The notes under the pieces are model-generated. The model was given only the letters and a program-made list of their open reading frames with translations, was not told the origin of the DNA and ran no database searches. The translations under genes were made by a program, and so were the position numbers. A DNA stretch of 64,000 nucleotides from the NCBI GenBank assembly GCA_016713885.1, contig JADJOF010000008.1:3221-67220 (forward strand). Reading direction: 5' to 3'. The first letter of the stretch is position 1. The number at the start of each line of letters is the position of its first letter. The stretch comes from Bdellovibrionales bacterium (lineage in GTDB: Bacteria; Bdellovibrionota; Bdellovibrionia; Bdellovibrionales; JAMPXM01). This document shows, in pieces, positions 61,168 to 64,000 of the stretch.

Positions 61168-61550
61168 ACCGCGCCGGTTTGCTCGCACTCTTACTTTTTA
61201 TCCAATGCCCAACCGCCCAGGCGACAAACAAGATCGGTGACTTTTCATTCTGTGTGGTCGCGACCCACGGGCGCTGTTTCACACTTAAAAATGAAAAGCT
61301 AAAGTCCGATAGTGGCGAATTGATACTCAACCAAGATCAGTTGAAACAAATCACATCTGAAATTCAAAATTTTCTTAGTCAAACGGCCTATGCCGTGCCC
61401 TACAAAAACTCTGGTGCCGCAAACTGCCGCACGGGCTTGCGCTATCGAACCGAAACTGCAACGGCAGAGCGATGCGCAGAGAAGCTCACCGCTAGCGACA
61501 AAGCCCGCATGCAAAAGCTCTTTCAACTCTTAAGCACAGGCGCAAACTAA
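61164..61550 (+). CDS. Small exported hypothetical protein, translationally coupled to the HExxH protein
   Basis: The ATG overlaps the upstream stop (ATGA at 61164-61167). Signal sequence MNRAGLLALLLFIQCPTAQA. Confidence 0.5.
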   Translation: MNRAGLLALLLFIQCPTAQATNKIGDFSFCVVATHGRCFTLKNEKLKSDSGELILNQDQLKQITSEIQNFLSQTAYAVPYKNSGAANCRTGLRYRTETATAERCAEKLTASDKARMQKLFQLLSTGAN

Positions 61551-62008
61551 CGTCCGCGAAGCTTCAAACGAGCCTCTCGCCTTTTCATGGCATCGGCATT
61601 TCGGCGTTTCTCATCCACCGATTCCACAGCAAGTGGCGGAATCGCAACGGGCTTTTTACTAGGATCTAGAGCCACGAAAGAAAGATAGGCGCTCGCCGTA
61701 TGGAAAGTCTCACCTGTACGAGGGTTTTCGGCATCAACGCGGACACCAACTTCCATCGAGGTCTTACCGACATAGTTCACACTCGCCTTGAGGTTGACGA
61801 TCCATCCCGTAAAAACAGGTTTTACAAACTGTAGGTAATCAATCGATGCCGTGACGACCGGCATCTGCGCATGGCGCTGAGCCGCGATTGCTCCACAAAT
61901 ATCGATCCACGACATAATGACGCCGCCGAATACACTGCCAAGTGCATTCGTGTGGCTCGGCAAAACCATTTCCGTCATGGTGGTCTGCGAATCGACAACC
62001 CGTCTCAT
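61547..62008 (-). CDS. Acyl-CoA thioesterase (hotdog fold)
   Basis: MVLPSHTNALGSVFGGVIMSWIDICGAIAA... is typical of the YciA / acyl-CoA hydrolase family. The start is either 62008 or 62032. Confidence 0.75.
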   Translation of the reverse strand: MRRVVDSQTTMTEMVLPSHTNALGSVFGGVIMSWIDICGAIAAQRHAQMPVVTASIDYLQFVKPVFTGWIVNLKASVNYVGKTSMEVGVRVDAENPRTGETFHTASAYLSFVALDPSKKPVAIPPLAVESVDEKRRNADAMKRREARLKLRGR

Positions 62009-62110
62009 CGGCTCTCCAGAGGTGACTCTCAAAAAATGAAAGCCGGACCGCTAACGTCTCTGTCAGATGCGACCCGGCTCAATACTTTTTAAAACTCATT
62101 TAAAGCCAGC

Positions 62111-62130
62111 GGTCGCGCAGAATCGCGACC
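62111..62130 (-). terminator. Short GC hairpin downstream of the LuxR-type gene
   Basis: GGTCGCG-cagaat-CGCGACC. The T-run is not adjacent, so this is weak. Confidence 0.3.
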
Positions 62131-62168
62131 ACAGACTTCAGCACTCACCATAGGCGAGTGCCGTGAAA

Positions 62169-62621
62169 TCAGATACCGAACGCGCCGATATCGCCGTTGC
62201 CGTTCGACCCTGTTCCGATATCGCTACGAATCGGAGCAGTTGTCGCTGCGTTGACGTTGCCAGCTGCAGCAGAAGCCGCCGCTGTCGCTGCCATTGTGCC
62301 AGCAACTGTCGTGCTACCAACTGGCATCGTATTGATAGACGATGCACCAGCCGGGATCTCTTGACGAGGAGCTTGCGCTGGCTCGTTGTCGACGAATCCG
62401 AGGTGGGGGAGGCACCACACGATGAGTTGAGCTCGCGACTTCACGCTCATCTTTTTATAGATGTTTGTGAGGTGGAACTTCACGGTTTTTTCTGTCACGA
62501 AGAGTTGGTTCGCGACTTCCTTGTTCGACAAACCTTTCGAAACGAGTTCAGCAACTTCTGCTTCCCGATTCGAAAGTCCCTTTTGAATCAACACATCTCT
62601 GAGCATCCTTGCTCCCTCCAC
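62169..62621 (-). CDS. LuxR/GerE-type HTH transcription regulator (solo; no receiver or autoinducer domain)
   Basis: LSNREAEVAELVSKGLSNKEVANQLFVTEKTVKFHLTNIYKKMSVKSRAQLIVW, followed by a low-complexity Ala/Thr/Gly tail. Confidence 0.75.
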   Translation of the reverse strand: MEGARMLRDVLIQKGLSNREAEVAELVSKGLSNKEVANQLFVTEKTVKFHLTNIYKKMSVKSRAQLIVWCLPHLGFVDNEPAQAPRQEIPAGASSINTMPVGSTTVAGTMAATAAASAAAGNVNAATTAPIRSDIGTGSNGNGDIGAFGI

Positions 62622-63031
62622 TTGTGTTTGTTTGTGGCCTTGGCCTTTTCTATTCCCAATCCATTTTGGCCCTTCTTTCGAAGAACCTTTAACGAGTCTT
62701 CCGCGCCCCTAAAGTCATCAGAATAAGTCCTGCGACCACTCTGACATCAGGCCAGCTTTGCCCTTCCGTTTGCTCGAAAAACCTTTCCCTGGCTCTTCGA
62801 CTGACCGGAAGTCACATCCCTACTCTAAAGACCGGCAAGACTCGCTTTTCGGTTAGTGAATGTCACAAATCATCACCAACCTGTATCAAAGTCTGACAGG
62901 GCCTTATGTTGGGTGCAAGACCCTATTTAAGACTTTTGCAGATTTCTAGACCGGACGTGAATCGAGCCTGAAGACTTAAACTCGATCGCCATCATCGGAC
63001 ATCATGAGAAGACTAATCCACTGATATAACT

Positions 63032-63097
63032 AAAAAAGATAAGAACCAGAGCTGTGAAAGCAAGAGCACTCGACGGAGGTCAGTGAGTCTGGTTCTT
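63032..63097 (-). terminator. Candidate terminator after glnD
   Basis: 10-bp stem AAGAACCAGA (63041-50) / TCTGGTTCTT (63088-97). It is followed on the minus strand by T6 (63032-37). The loop is large (37 nt). Confidence 0.4.
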
Positions 63098-63129
63098 GAC
63101 TGGTCCAACAAGACCTTCTCGCCGTCCGC

Positions 63130-64000
63130 TCACGAAACTCTTAAAATCGCCTCGAACTCACTCTGCGAAAGTCCTTTGGGCGGGGTGACCCCAAACACAT
63201 CGTCGAGTTGGCGCCCCCAGGTGTGCACCTTCGCCCAGCGAATAGAAACTCCCGTCTTCAAAGCAAGACGTTCTGCAGCGGCGAGAAGCGCACCGCGTAC
63301 GTCCCGCCCACGAAAACTCACCACCCATTCCTGCTCGTCAGTTGAAAGAACATCGACCGCCTCAAACTCCACCTTTGGCAGCTCCGCTTTTCCTTCAGCG
63401 CCTGAAGCTAAAAGAGAAAGCAGACGAAGCTCCAGCATTTTGGGTCCCATCCTAGGTGGCTTCACCTCAAACCAGTCGTAAACACCAAGGCTCTCATCCG
63501 AGAGAATGCTCGCATGGCGAACACTCACTCCCAGGGCCTACAGCGCCCGTGCATAAGTCACAAAAAGCCCGGGTCGATCATTTCGCTCATGAAAACGAAT
63601 CCAAAAACGACCCGTCCTTGGTTGCTTGAAACACGCGACAGAAACCGCGGTATCTTTTCTCTGCAGGCATTCGCTCAAATCGCGACTGAGCTTGAGCGGG
63701 CTCAACGCGCCCACCAAAAATGGATCCAAGCGCTCTAGGACGCCACCGTGCTTTGCCTCGAGCTTGTCATGCAGAAGCTTTAAGTTCTTCGCCTCCGGCC
63801 TCTCAAGCCTCTCAACAAGCTCTGCCAGTAGCCGTTCCTTCCATGGCGTATAGGCCTCGCGGTTTGTTGCGCGAATATCAATCGCCGTAAAGATCGCAAG
63901 CCTTCTCAGGCGGGCACCCTCAACGCCCTTTTCATGGAGCTCGCGCCATATCTTCGGGCTTGCGCTATTGCCACGAAAGGCCGCCTGCGAAAGGTCAAGA
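63130..64000 (-). pseudogene. glnD: [Protein-PII] uridylyltransferase, C-terminal part (5' end outside the window), with an in-frame TAG
   Basis: My translation is continuous from 63999 down to 63130 in one frame: ..LAIFTAIDIRATNREAYTPWKERLL.. (end of the HD region), then two ACT-like segments (NDRPGLFVTYARAL-TAG-ALGVSVRHASILS; VVSFRGRDVRGALLAAAERLALKTGVSIRWAKVHT). The TAG is at 63538-63540. Confidence 0.65.

Overview
64 kb chromosomal segment of a Gram-negative bacterium with moderately high GC. The gene content (many exported hypothetical proteins, HTTM-family membrane proteins, patatin, MCPs, acyl-CoA metabolism) loosely suggests a Bdellovibrionota- or deltaproteobacteria-like lineage. That is a guess; I cannot assign taxonomy from this sequence.

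Layout:
- (1) 1-7.8 kb: a minus-strand block of translationally coupled phage early/replication genes (ABA-sandwich protein, HExxH protein, HNH-AP2 endonuclease, RusA, DnaB-like helicase, initiator-like protein). It ends about 100 bp from the 3' end of tRNA-Pro(CGG). No integrase, immunity or structural genes are visible, and several genes are broken.
- (2) 8-21 kb: S1-domain protein, Cache-MCP, psd and an FAD protein. Then a minus-strand string of M50 protease, trpS, scpA, scpB, a small membrane protein and an HTTM protein. That string is interrupted by a plus-strand two-gene cassette of exported proteins, bracketed by a 34-bp palindrome-containing direct repeat.
- (3) 21-42 kb: TolB/M28/PDZ protease, an OMP, an orphan B12-binding domain, acyl-CoA dehydrogenase, two tandem [small membrane protein + HTTM-like] modules, pcp, an ankyrin protein, IcmF, a tandem GGDEF-like protein, crotonase, an AhpD-like protein, hbd and a porin-like gene.
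- (4) 42-48 kb: a coupled patatin / RelA-SpoT-like / PlsC operon plus exported proteins.
- (5) 48-64 kb: DUF779 with aldehyde dehydrogenase, a soluble MCP with a C-terminal Cache-like domain, fadB/fadA-like genes, maeB, hflX, an exported HExxH protein, a thioesterase, a LuxR solo and the 3' part of glnD.

Main caveat: many conserved genes are split by frameshifts, and the junctions I could localise fall mostly at homopolymers. The breaks are extremely dense in 54.1-59.0 kb. Indel errors from sequencing or assembly are at least as likely as real pseudogenes.

I found no CRISPR array, rRNA, transposase or recognisable defence system. The most system-like unexplained loci are the HTTM modules, the patatin/RSH-like/PlsC operon and the repeat-bracketed cassette.
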